DNA of 38,564 bases, taken from positions 1 through 38,564 of IMG/VR virus record IMGVR_UViG_3300032038_000266; one strand, given 5' to 3'. Every line of letters begins with the position of its first letter. The stretch's first letter is position 1. The notes under the pieces are model-generated. The model was not told where the DNA came from. It saw only the letters and a program-made list of their open reading frames with translations, and ran no database searches. Below are positions 6,024 to 13,031 of this stretch, piece after piece. The position numbers and the translations under genes were made by a program. The stretch comes from a virus.

Positions 6024-6857
6024 ATGGCAACATCAAACGCATTCTACTTTCCTCACGATATGGATGCCGTGAGTGATCCAAAGCTCCAGTCCGTGCTTCG
6101 CGTGCGTGGAATGGAAGGAATCGGCGCATATTGGTGCTTGCTGGAGCGTCTCTATCGGCAGAACGGAGTCTTGTTCTTGTCGGAGATTCCGGATATGGCG
6201 TGGAGTCTTCATTGTGAAGAATCTCTCCTGGAATCAATCCTCAAGGACTTCGGACTATTCGAGATCCACGGAAACGAAGCGACATCTCGCTCGGCTTCCG
6301 AGAGGATCCTCAAAAGAGAAGAGCGCATCCGCAAGAATAAGGAAGCCGGCTCTCTTGGCGGCAAGACTACTCAAAGCAAGCGTTCAGCATCCGTGCCAGC
6401 AGATGCTTCGCAAATGCGAGACGAAAGTCAAGCAAATGCTCAAGCAGATGCTCAAGCAAATGCTTCGGCGGATGCTCAAGCAGGAAAGGAAAGGAAAGGA
6501 ATTGACGCTGGTGTGAGAGATAATGAACATAGTGTAGGTAAAAAGAAGAAAGAGATTGACTATTCATTTGTAGAAGAGGAACTCCGAGAACTATTCAAAG
6601 AGTTCGTCAAAATGAGGAAGGAAATCGGACATCCTATCAAAACACAACGCGGCGCGGAAGCTCGCTACGAAACACTATCTCGTCTCTCCGGCGGCAGAAT
6701 TGAACTCGCAAAGAAGATCATCCAGCAGTCTCTTGACAAAGAGTGGGAAGACTTCTACGAAATAAAGGACAGCAAAGGCAATGGAACTATCAATCGAAGC
6801 TCTCATCGCGGAAGTGACTCAGGGTATGTCCCTGACTACTCGAACACGGAGTTTTAA
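6024..6857 (+). CDS. Replisome organiser / replication initiation protein (Lin1244/DUF4373-like N-terminal domain)
   Basis: FYFPHDMDAVSDPKLQSVLRVRGMEGIGAYWCLLERLY matches the DUF4373 pattern. Central low-complexity QANAQADAQANASADAQAG segment. ORF track start 6018 is TTG; the ATG is at 6024. Confidence 0.7.
   Translation: MATSNAFYFPHDMDAVSDPKLQSVLRVRGMEGIGAYWCLLERLYRQNGVLFLSEIPDMAWSLHCEESLLESILKDFGLFEIHGNEATSRSASERILKREERIRKNKEAGSLGGKTTQSKRSASVPADASQMRDESQANAQADAQANASADAQAGKERKGIDAGVRDNEHSVGKKKKEIDYSFVEEELRELFKEFVKMRKEIGHPIKTQRGAEARYETLSRLSGGRIELAKKIIQQSLDKEWEDFYEIKDSKGNGTINRSSHRGSDSGYVPDYSNTEF
6398..6484. repeat. Array of dyad-symmetric ~12-bp iterons inside the initiator gene (candidate origin)
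   Basis: AGCAGATGCT 6398-6407, TCGCAAATGCGA 6408-6419, AGCAAATGCT 6431-6440, AGCAGATGCT 6443-6452, AGCAAATGCT 6455-6464 and a degenerate GGCGGATGCT 6467-6476, followed by (GGAAA)3 and an A/T-rich stretch. Confidence 0.45.
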
Positions 6858-7512
6858 CTTTCCGCTGACGCGCCAGCAGACGGAGACGCTGCTGCTCCAG
6901 GCATACAAAGCGCAAGTCGCGGCTCGTGGGATGCAGTTCGTGCTGGACGATTCAGTGCGCTACTACATCAGCGAGTTCTCGGACTGGCTGACGGATCCGA
7001 CTGACAAGTGCTTCATAATGTTCTCCGGCGGATGCGGCTGCGGCAAGACTACTCTCGCGCTGGCGTTCCGAGATATGACGAACGCAATCTGCGACAAGGC
7101 GTACAAAGCTCCGGAGTTTCTCCTGAAGGACAAGCCAGTCGAAGTGCAGCGTCAGTACGCGCAACTCGCTCGCTTTCCGCGCGTGTCTCTGAAGACTGCT
7201 CAAGAGATAAGTGATGCAGCCAGGCGCAGCCGCGAAGACCGGACTGACGAATACTACGCAATCAAGCGCAGCGCGTTTCTCATCATTGACGATCTCGGAT
7301 GCGAGCCAGTGGAAGTGAAGAACTTCGGCACATCCGTCACTCCTATCACGGACATCATCTACGAACGCTACGCGGCAATGAAGCCTACAATCATCACTAC
7401 AAACTTGGACACGCGCCAGATCCGCAGTGAGTACAACGAGCGAGTCGCAGATCGTCTGAACGAAATCTGCCGAGTCATCGGCTACAAGAACGAATCATAT
7501 CGCAAATCATAA
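6781..7512 (+). CDS. DnaC/IstB-like AAA+ ATPase (helicase loader)
   Basis: Walker A FSGGCGCGKTTLA and Walker B FLIIDDLG. Alternative start at 6826. Confidence 0.8.
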   Translation: MELSIEALIAEVTQGMSLTTRTRSFNFPLTRQQTETLLLQAYKAQVAARGMQFVLDDSVRYYISEFSDWLTDPTDKCFIMFSGGCGCGKTTLALAFRDMTNAICDKAYKAPEFLLKDKPVEVQRQYAQLARFPRVSLKTAQEISDAARRSREDRTDEYYAIKRSAFLIIDDLGCEPVEVKNFGTSVTPITDIIYERYAAMKPTIITTNLDTRQIRSEYNERVADRLNEICRVIGYKNESYRKS

Positions 7513-7525
7513 AACAGCAAACGCA

Positions 7526-8047
7526 ATGGACAAGCAACATCTTGAAAAACTCAGGCTTCCTCTTCCGGAAGCACTCGCCGGATTCTTCTTCAAGCACGAA
7601 GAGGAAGACGAACACGGCTACTATTCCACTGGCTTCTTCCGCTACAAAGGCAAGAATGTCTTCGTGAACATCGAAGAGGGCAAGTGGCATCTCTCCGCAG
7701 ACGCGAAGCGCACGCTCGGCTACTACGAGCTGAAGGAGCTTCGATATGTCTTCATTCCGAATCGCTGCTCCGTGGCTCAGATCTTTCCGCCGCGCGAAGA
7801 GTTCGTGAATGTCAATGTGAACTGCTTCCACTTGTACGAGATAGACTCTGACGGAGCAATGGAAGCCGCCGCCGATTCAATCGTGGCATTCCGCCAGGGG
7901 ATTGACCGCGCTGTCAAGGCTCTTCAGAAAGCAGTGGACAATCCGAAGAACGCGGACAAGGATATGGACTTCTTCAAGGGCAAGCTCGGCGCATACAAGG
8001 AAGTCGGAAAGATTATGGATGAAATGTTTTTCAAAAAACCGGAATAA
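7526..8047 (+). CDS. Hypothetical protein (173 aa)
   Basis: GCAATGG start context. No recognisable motif. Confidence 0.65.
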   Translation: MDKQHLEKLRLPLPEALAGFFFKHEEEDEHGYYSTGFFRYKGKNVFVNIEEGKWHLSADAKRTLGYYELKELRYVFIPNRCSVAQIFPPREEFVNVNVNCFHLYEIDSDGAMEAAADSIVAFRQGIDRAVKALQKAVDNPKNADKDMDFFKGKLGAYKEVGKIMDEMFFKKPE

Positions 8048-8048
8048 A

Positions 8049-8669
8049 ATGGAACGGATCAACTTCAAAAGAAACTTTAAGCTCTTCGCCGCTTGTGAGA
8101 AGGCGGCAGAACTCTCAATATGTCACGACTACGAGTTTGTCTATCTGCTGAACGGCTACGCATACGCATCCGATAGACATATTCTCGTCCGGATTCCTCT
8201 GAGCGTCTGCACGACATTCGATCCGGAAGACATTGCGAAGCTGGACAACATCCGGATCCACGCTTCTCTTCTGAAGACGCTATATGGATTCAATGTAGTT
8301 TCAATCAAGGAAGACTATGATGCAGTCGGAGATACATACGAAGAACTCCAGCCGCGCCACTTCGTTCAGCTCACTGCGGAGCGCGAAGGAAATCAGATCA
8401 GCGTCAAGCTCTACAAAATAGACAAGCATCCGAACTTTGAAGAAGTCCTGAAGATTGACGGAGACCGCGAGCCAATCAAGTCTCTCGGAGTCCGAGCGAA
8501 ACTTCTCGGCACGCTCGCCGATGCTATGGGAAGCTCCACTATCAAGATGCGCTTCACTCAGGCAAATCGCAAAGTCTTCATTCAAGATATGGATGACGCA
8601 GAGAACTCATCAATCGGACTGATTATGCCAGTGATCGTGGATGAGCCGCTGCCAGGCTTTGAAGACTGA
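8049..8669 (+). CDS. Hypothetical protein (206 aa)
   Basis: ORF track 7902..8669 overlaps the upstream gene. ATG 8049 follows its stop by 1 nt. There is only a weak resemblance to clamp-like proteins (GYAYASDRHILVRIP), which I do not trust. Confidence 0.6.
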   Translation: MERINFKRNFKLFAACEKAAELSICHDYEFVYLLNGYAYASDRHILVRIPLSVCTTFDPEDIAKLDNIRIHASLLKTLYGFNVVSIKEDYDAVGDTYEELQPRHFVQLTAEREGNQISVKLYKIDKHPNFEEVLKIDGDREPIKSLGVRAKLLGTLADAMGSSTIKMRFTQANRKVFIQDMDDAENSSIGLIMPVIVDEPLPGFED

Positions 8670-8670
8670 T

Positions 8671-8844
8671 ATGGAAGCAATCTGCAACAACTGCCGTCAT
8701 TTCCGTCAGACGGAGATGCGCGAAAGGGACGGCTCTATCGTCACTGTCGGATATTGCCACGCAATCAGTTCGTTTCCGTACCGGACTCCGGACTGCACTT
8801 GCCGGCGATTCCACTACAACGAACAAAAAGCAATCCAGCAATGA
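8671..8844 (+). CDS. Small Cys-rich protein (57 aa)
   Basis: MEAICNNCRHFRQ...GYCHA...PDCTCRRF. ATGA overlap with the methyltransferase start. Confidence 0.5.
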   Translation: MEAICNNCRHFRQTEMRERDGSIVTVGYCHAISSFPYRTPDCTCRRFHYNEQKAIQQ

Positions 8845-9740
8845 AACTCCGCGTCTTCACGGCATTCAGCGGCTATGACTCGCAGTGTATGGCACTCCAG
8901 CGCATCGCGGAGCGTCATCCGGACTTCGAGTTCGAGCTTGTAGGCTGGAGCGAGATCGAGCGCAATGCAATCGCCGCGCACGATGCTGTCTTTCCGCAGT
9001 GGCGTGACCGGAACTACGGAGACATCTGCGAGATTGACTGGACGAAAGTGCCGGACTTCGACTTGTTCACATACTCTTCTCCGTGTCAGGACTTCAGTCT
9101 TGCCGGCGTTCAGAGGGGGGGGCAAGAAGGAAGTGGAACTCGCAGTTCTCTTCTTTGGGAATGCCGCAGAGCGATTCTCGCAAAGCGTCCGCGCTTCCTC
9201 TTGCTGGAGAATGTCTCGAATCTCGTCAGCGAGAAGTTCATCAAGACTTTCTCCAAGTGGGAGCAAGAACTCGCTTCGTATGGCTATGACAACTACTACA
9301 AAGTGCTTAACGCGAAGGACTACGGCGTGCCGCAGAATCGCGAGCGAGTCTTTCTCGTCTCGTTTCTCCACAGCCAGATCTTCAACTTTCCGAAGCCAGT
9401 TCCGCTGGAGCTGCGGCTCAAGGATGTGCTTGAAGACAAAGTCGCGGAACGCTACTATCTCTCCGAGAAGGCAATCGCCGGACTGCTCGAACACAACGAA
9501 AAGCACGAAGCTCGCGGCACTGGATTCCTCTTCAAGCCGAAGGATATTTCCGTCAATGGGGGGGGGTACGCCAACTGTATCGCAACGAAGCCAGGCTACG
9601 AGACTGGAACATACATCCTCTGCTCGGATCATCCAAGTGGCGAAACTGAGCAGCTCGCAGAACAGCGTCATCGTGGATCCGGAAGGAATCTCTCCGACAA
9701 TCTGCAACGGCGCAAAGGACGGAATGCCGAAAATCGCTGA
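8841..9740 (+). CDS. DNA (cytosine-5)-methyltransferase, N-terminal catalytic part (motifs I-VIII plus first TRD-like segment); ends prematurely
   Basis: VFTAFSGYDSQ (I), YSSPCQDFSLAG (IV), LLLENV (VI), GVPQNRERVF (VIII). No motif IX/X before the stop at 9740. Contains a G8 tract (9115-9122) and a G9 tract (9558-9566). Confidence 0.85.
   Translation: MKLRVFTAFSGYDSQCMALQRIAERHPDFEFELVGWSEIERNAIAAHDAVFPQWRDRNYGDICEIDWTKVPDFDLFTYSSPCQDFSLAGVQRGGQEGSGTRSSLLWECRRAILAKRPRFLLLENVSNLVSEKFIKTFSKWEQELASYGYDNYYKVLNAKDYGVPQNRERVFLVSFLHSQIFNFPKPVPLELRLKDVLEDKVAERYYLSEKAIAGLLEHNEKHEARGTGFLFKPKDISVNGGGYANCIATKPGYETGTYILCSDHPSGETEQLAEQRHRGSGRNLSDNLQRRKGRNAENR
9115..9122 (+). repeat. Homopolymeric G8 tract inside the MTase, between motifs IV and VI
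   Basis: Counted directly (cagaGGGGGGGGcaag). Currently in frame (AGVQRGGQEGSG). Confidence 0.9.
9558..9566 (+). repeat. Homopolymeric G9 tract inside the MTase variable region
   Basis: Counted directly (caatGGGGGGGGGtacg). Loss of one G would move the reader into the frame of ORF 8965..9867. Confidence 0.9.
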
Positions 9741-9876
9741 AGTGGATGTAGTCGCGAGAGTGAACGCTTCGCAAGACGGCAAGATTGTCAGTCCGGACGG
9801 CATAGCTCCGGCTCTCTGCGTGGGACACTACAATGTGACGAAGATAATCGAATTTGATGAAGACTGATGAAACGAT

Positions 9877-10449
9877 ATGCCTGAACTCCAAAGTGAACGG
9901 AAGACAGCCGTCCCTGGAGCATCGCATCTATTCCGTGGAAGGATGCGCTCCGGCACTGACTACCGGCTTTCACTATCTCATCGCAATCGGGGGGGGCAGA
10001 TAGACACTAAAGATATGGAAACACTCAGAATCAGGGAAGCAACCGTGAAAGGATTCACGGAAGTCCAAGAGGGCGGACTCTTTGACGCATCATATCCGCA
10101 GTCGAAGACTCGGCGCGGAAGGGTGCAAGGAGAGAACGGCGAGCTGTGTCCGACTCTCACTACGCACGGAGACCGGATATGCCGCTTTGAAGGATCTGAC
10201 GGACGCACGATGCGAATCCGCCGTCTGACGGAGCGCGAATCGTTCCGGCTTATGGGAGTGCGCGACTCGGACATCGATCTCATTCAGGCGGCGGAGTTCG
10301 AGATCGAGAGCAAGGGCAAGACTCGCGTCAGTCGGATCTCTTCGACTCAGCAATACGCAATCGCCGGAAACAGCATTGTCGTGGATGTGCTTGACGCAAT
10401 CTTCGAGAATATGTTCTATCCGGTCAGGGAAGAAGGACAACTCTTCTGA
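9877..10449 (+). CDS. DNA (cytosine-5)-methyltransferase, C-terminal part (TRD-like segment + motifs IX and X)
   Basis: RRLTERESFRLMGV (IX) and AIAGNSIVV (X). Upstream TRD-like LRIREATVKGFTEVQEGG...SKTRRGRV...LCPTLTTHG. Confidence 0.8.
   Translation: MPELQSERKTAVPGASHLFRGRMRSGTDYRLSLSHRNRGGQIDTKDMETLRIREATVKGFTEVQEGGLFDASYPQSKTRRGRVQGENGELCPTLTTHGDRICRFEGSDGRTMRIRRLTERESFRLMGVRDSDIDLIQAAEFEIESKGKTRVSRISSTQQYAIAGNSIVVDVLDAIFENMFYPVREEGQLF
9989..9996 (+). repeat. Homopolymeric G8 tract at a frame junction in the MTase C-terminal region
   Basis: Counted directly (aatcGGGGGGGGcaga). Gain of one G would fuse the small ORF 9857..10003 to ORF 9877..10449. Confidence 0.9.
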
Positions 10450-10551
10450 CTATGAACTACGCATCGAACTTCTTCTTCCGCGCTTCTATGATGAACGCGC
10501 AGATATGGGATCTCCGGCTGCGGCTGGAGAGAGAACGAAACACTCAAGACT

Positions 10552-10848
10552 ATGGCAACGATAACAATCGAAGTGACTCAGACTCCGGAAGGAGCATACA
10601 AGTTTGAGTTTGACGAGCGGCAGCGTCCGCTCCTGACGCTCGCGCTGGGACTCGGAGAGGGCGCGCTCTGCGACTCGTGTCTCACTGGCGCGGCTATGCG
10701 CTACTGCATCTCGCCGTCACGCGAGAAGTGGCTCTCGGACTTCTTCGCCAATGCGGAGAAACTGAACGAATCAATCCGCAACGAAGAGCGGAAACTGCGT
10801 GCCGCGAAGACGGACATCGGCTTCGGCATCAAGAAGAAACTCAGCTGA
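10552..10848 (+). CDS. Hypothetical protein (98 aa)
   Basis: CTATGGCA start context. No motif. Confidence 0.6.
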   Translation: MATITIEVTQTPEGAYKFEFDERQRPLLTLALGLGEGALCDSCLTGAAMRYCISPSREKWLSDFFANAEKLNESIRNEERKLRAAKTDIGFGIKKKLS

Positions 10849-11291
10849 TGAGCCGGAAGAGCGACATACTTGCGCTGCGCAACCGCATCGTCTTCCACAT
10901 CGCTCGGCTCTACGGCGTGGAGACTGCGGCGATTCTCGGACGCAGCCGCGCGACTCCGCTTGCGGACTGCCGCGTGCTGCTCGCATACGCGCTCTCTCAA
11001 GAAGGCTACACGCGCACTGAAGTCGGAGATGCTCTCGGAAGGGATCACTCCAGCATCACTCACTGCGTCCAGCTGGCGGAGAGCCGCATCGGATTCGTAG
11101 GCTGGAAGGACTTCACGCACAAGTGGAACGAGCTGGAGAAGGAGATCTGGGCGGACAAGGATGCCGCCGCAGCGTTCCGCGCCAGGCTCGTGAAAGACTC
11201 CGCTCCAGCCGGAGAGATAATACTGAACACATTCATCATCAAATCACTTAAAGACCAAAGCAATGGCAAACAAGATTCAAGTCAAAATTGA
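10848..11291 (+). CDS. DnaA C-terminal (domain IV)-like HTH DNA-binding protein
   Basis: RSRATPLADCRVLLAYALSQEGYTRTEVGDALGRDHSSITHCVQ parallels the DnaA domain IV pattern (R-x-I-x-x-A-R-Q-I-A-M-Y...GGRDHSTV-x-H). Start ATG 10848 overlaps the upstream TGA by 1 nt. Confidence 0.65.
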   Translation: MSRKSDILALRNRIVFHIARLYGVETAAILGRSRATPLADCRVLLAYALSQEGYTRTEVGDALGRDHSSITHCVQLAESRIGFVGWKDFTHKWNELEKEIWADKDAAAAFRARLVKDSAPAGEIILNTFIIKSLKDQSNGKQDSSQN

Positions 11292-11658
11292 CGCAATGAA
11301 GATTCGCGGCGCATTCCAGTGCCGGATCCAGGGACGCACGGCAGCGAAGCAGTGCATCTGCATTCCGCTCGAACACTTCTATCACGGAAAGGACGGAGCG
11401 GAGTATCTTGACTTCGTAGGCTACGAGGATGAGCGGCAGAGCTACGGAAGGCTGTACTCGCTGAAGCAGTCGCTCAATCGCGAAGAGTACGAGCAGCTCA
11501 AGGCTTCCGGCGAGCAGCTGCCGTTCTGCGGAGACATCAAGCGTCTCGAAAGCCAGCAGCGCACTCAGGCTCCAGGAGCGGAGACCGCCGCGCCAGCGGA
11601 AGCGGAGAGTCCGGCTCTCGCAGCTCTCCGAGACGATAGTGACGATCTTCCGTTCTGA
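11263..11658 (+). CDS. Putative ssDNA-binding/recruitment protein with SSB-type acidic C-terminal tip
   Basis: Ends ...LRDDSDDLPF, like the D-D-D-I-P-F tip of bacterial SSB. The N-terminal fold was not recognised. Confidence 0.45.
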   Translation: MANKIQVKIDAMKIRGAFQCRIQGRTAAKQCICIPLEHFYHGKDGAEYLDFVGYEDERQSYGRLYSLKQSLNREEYEQLKASGEQLPFCGDIKRLESQQRTQAPGAETAAPAEAESPALAALRDDSDDLPF

Positions 11659-11668
11659 CGCGCGAGAA

Positions 11669-12115
11669 ATGGCTCAGAAACGCACAACTCGCGTCCGAGT
11701 GAGGAAGACATCCAGCCGAGTGATGAAAGCCGTGCAGATCGAAGGAGAAGCGCGGCTGGCGCAGAGCGGCGGAGACTTCTTCACTCTCTTTGTTCGTCAG
11801 CAGCTCGGAGCAGTCTGCCTGAAGGAACTCCAGTTCGATGAGCATCGCAAGTTCCGCTTCGACTACGCGCTGCCGGACTACAAGCTCGCGATAGAGATTG
11901 ACGGCGGCATTTGGCAAGAGGGCGGCGGAAGGCACAACCGCGCATCCGGCTGGCTCGTGGATCAGGAGAAACTCAATCTCGCAGTCTCGCAAGGCTGGCG
12001 GATTCTGCACTTCACTCCGCAGCAGCAGAACACTATGAAAACACTGGACATCATCCGCGACTCTATGCGCTTCCGGAGCGTGGAAGTTCAGGCAAATGAA
12101 AATTTACCAAAATAA
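11669..12115 (+). CDS. DUF559/Vsr-like PD-(D/E)XK endonuclease-domain protein
   Basis: FRFDYALPDYKLAIEIDGGIW...DQEKLNLAVSQGWRILHFT fits the D...E-x-D-G core and C-terminal G-W-R-V-L-R pattern of DUF559/Vsr-like nucleases. Confidence 0.5.
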   Translation: MAQKRTTRVRVRKTSSRVMKAVQIEGEARLAQSGGDFFTLFVRQQLGAVCLKELQFDEHRKFRFDYALPDYKLAIEIDGGIWQEGGGRHNRASGWLVDQEKLNLAVSQGWRILHFTPQQQNTMKTLDIIRDSMRFRSVEVQANENLPK

Positions 12116-12117
12116 AT

Positions 12118-12150
12118 GCTTATGATATAAGCAAAAATATCTTAACTTTG
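12118..12150 (+). promoter_or_regulatory. Promoter: 15-bp dyad GCTTATgatATAAGC + 10 nt + -7 box TAACTTTG
   Basis: Dyad at 12118-12132, TAACTTTG at 12143-12150, first ATG at 12157. Lies at the head of the packaging/structural gene block. Confidence 0.6.
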
Positions 12151-12156
12151 CAGAAA

Positions 12157-12450
12157 ATGGGAAAGAAACGCAACATTGTCAGTCTCGCTCCGAAGATGAA
12201 CTTCTTCCAGCGGCTGATTTGGAAGTTCCGCTACAATCACACTCCGCAAGTGATGATTGTCCACAAGACTGGCTTCACTTGGCAAGTCTTCACGAGAGTC
12301 AATTCAAAGGGGACTTGGATGTTCCGCGAGACTCTCAAAAACAAGAAGGCTGCTCAGGCGATGCAGTATGTGAGAGCTAACTACAAGCAGTATGTCTTCT
12401 ATATGCCGGAGACCGCTATGGAAAACGCTGCCAAAGCACTGAACAAGTAA
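12157..12450 (+). CDS. Hypothetical protein (97 aa), first gene after the promoter
   Basis: ORF track 12148 starts on TTG inside the -7 box. First ATG at 12157. Confidence 0.6.
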   Translation: MGKKRNIVSLAPKMNFFQRLIWKFRYNHTPQVMIVHKTGFTWQVFTRVNSKGTWMFRETLKNKKAAQAMQYVRANYKQYVFYMPETAMENAAKALNK

Positions 12451-12454
12451 GACG

Positions 12455-13003
12455 ATGAAGAAGTACGAACACAATCCGCGCACTTGGACGAAGAAGCAAG
12501 TGCAGCAGCTCCGGAAGTCAATGCTGGAGCTTGGCGATTTGTCCGGCATCGTTCACGATCTGAACTCAGACCAGATCATCGGCGGCAACTTCCGCTCCGA
12601 TATAATGGACATCAACAAGTGCGAGATCGAAATTGTCAAGCAGTATGATGTTCCGACTCCGCAAGGCACTGTCGCAATCGGCTTCGTAACCTGGAACGGC
12701 GAGAAGTTCAACTATCGCCAAGTCCGCTGGACGAAAGAGCAGTGTGACCGTGCTTGCATATCCGCCAATGCTATGGGCGGAGACTTTGACTACGATGAAC
12801 TCGCAAACTACTTCTCCGAGTACGATCTGGAAGAGTTCGGACTGGACTTGTGGAAACCGGAAGAAGCGAAAGAGGAAAAACCGCCGAAAGACAAGCCGAT
12901 CTCTCTTCAGATCAACTTCGCTTCCGAAGGCGAACGGACTCGCTTCATAGTGCTGATGCAAGAGCAGCTGGAGAAAGATTTTGACTGCGAGTTCAAAGCA
13001 TAG
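12455..13003 (+). CDS. ParB-like nuclease-domain protein
   Basis: HNPRTWTKKQVQQLRKSMLELGDLSGIVHDLNSDQIIGGNFR resembles the ParB/Srx N-terminal domain (H-P-R...L-x-x-S-I...I-I-x-G-x-H-R). Confidence 0.5.
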   Translation: MKKYEHNPRTWTKKQVQQLRKSMLELGDLSGIVHDLNSDQIIGGNFRSDIMDINKCEIEIVKQYDVPTPQGTVAIGFVTWNGEKFNYRQVRWTKEQCDRACISANAMGGDFDYDELANYFSEYDLEEFGLDLWKPEEAKEEKPPKDKPISLQINFASEGERTRFIVLMQEQLEKDFDCEFKA

Positions 13004-13031
13004 CAATTGCGACACATTTGCGACACTGGAT

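Noticed and set aside
6429-6484. CRISPR-like or other non-coding repeat arrays (12-bp repeats at 6429-6484, 21-bp repeats at 29880-29960, Pro/Thr-coding repeats near 15330-15370)
   Set aside because: The units are contiguous with no spacers. They are in frame within ORFs and encode low-complexity peptide repeats. There are no cas genes. The 6398-6484 set is instead considered as possible iterons.
9610-9630. A programmed ribosomal frameshift joining the MTase N-terminal frame to the ISPTI/IAPAL frame
   Set aside because: Protein-like sequence does appear to switch frames here (GTYIL in one frame, RIIQVAKL in the other). However, there is no slippery heptamer, homopolymer or downstream structure at the junction. 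A fixed indel in a decaying or modular gene is the simpler explanation.
10452-10607. A 51-aa ORF (MNYASNFFFRASMMNAQIWDLRLRLERERNTQDYG...) with CTATG context after the MTase
   Set aside because: It overlaps the well-contexted start of ORF 10552-10848 by 56 nt. A competing frame (10376-10564) is also open, so there is not enough evidence to call it a gene.
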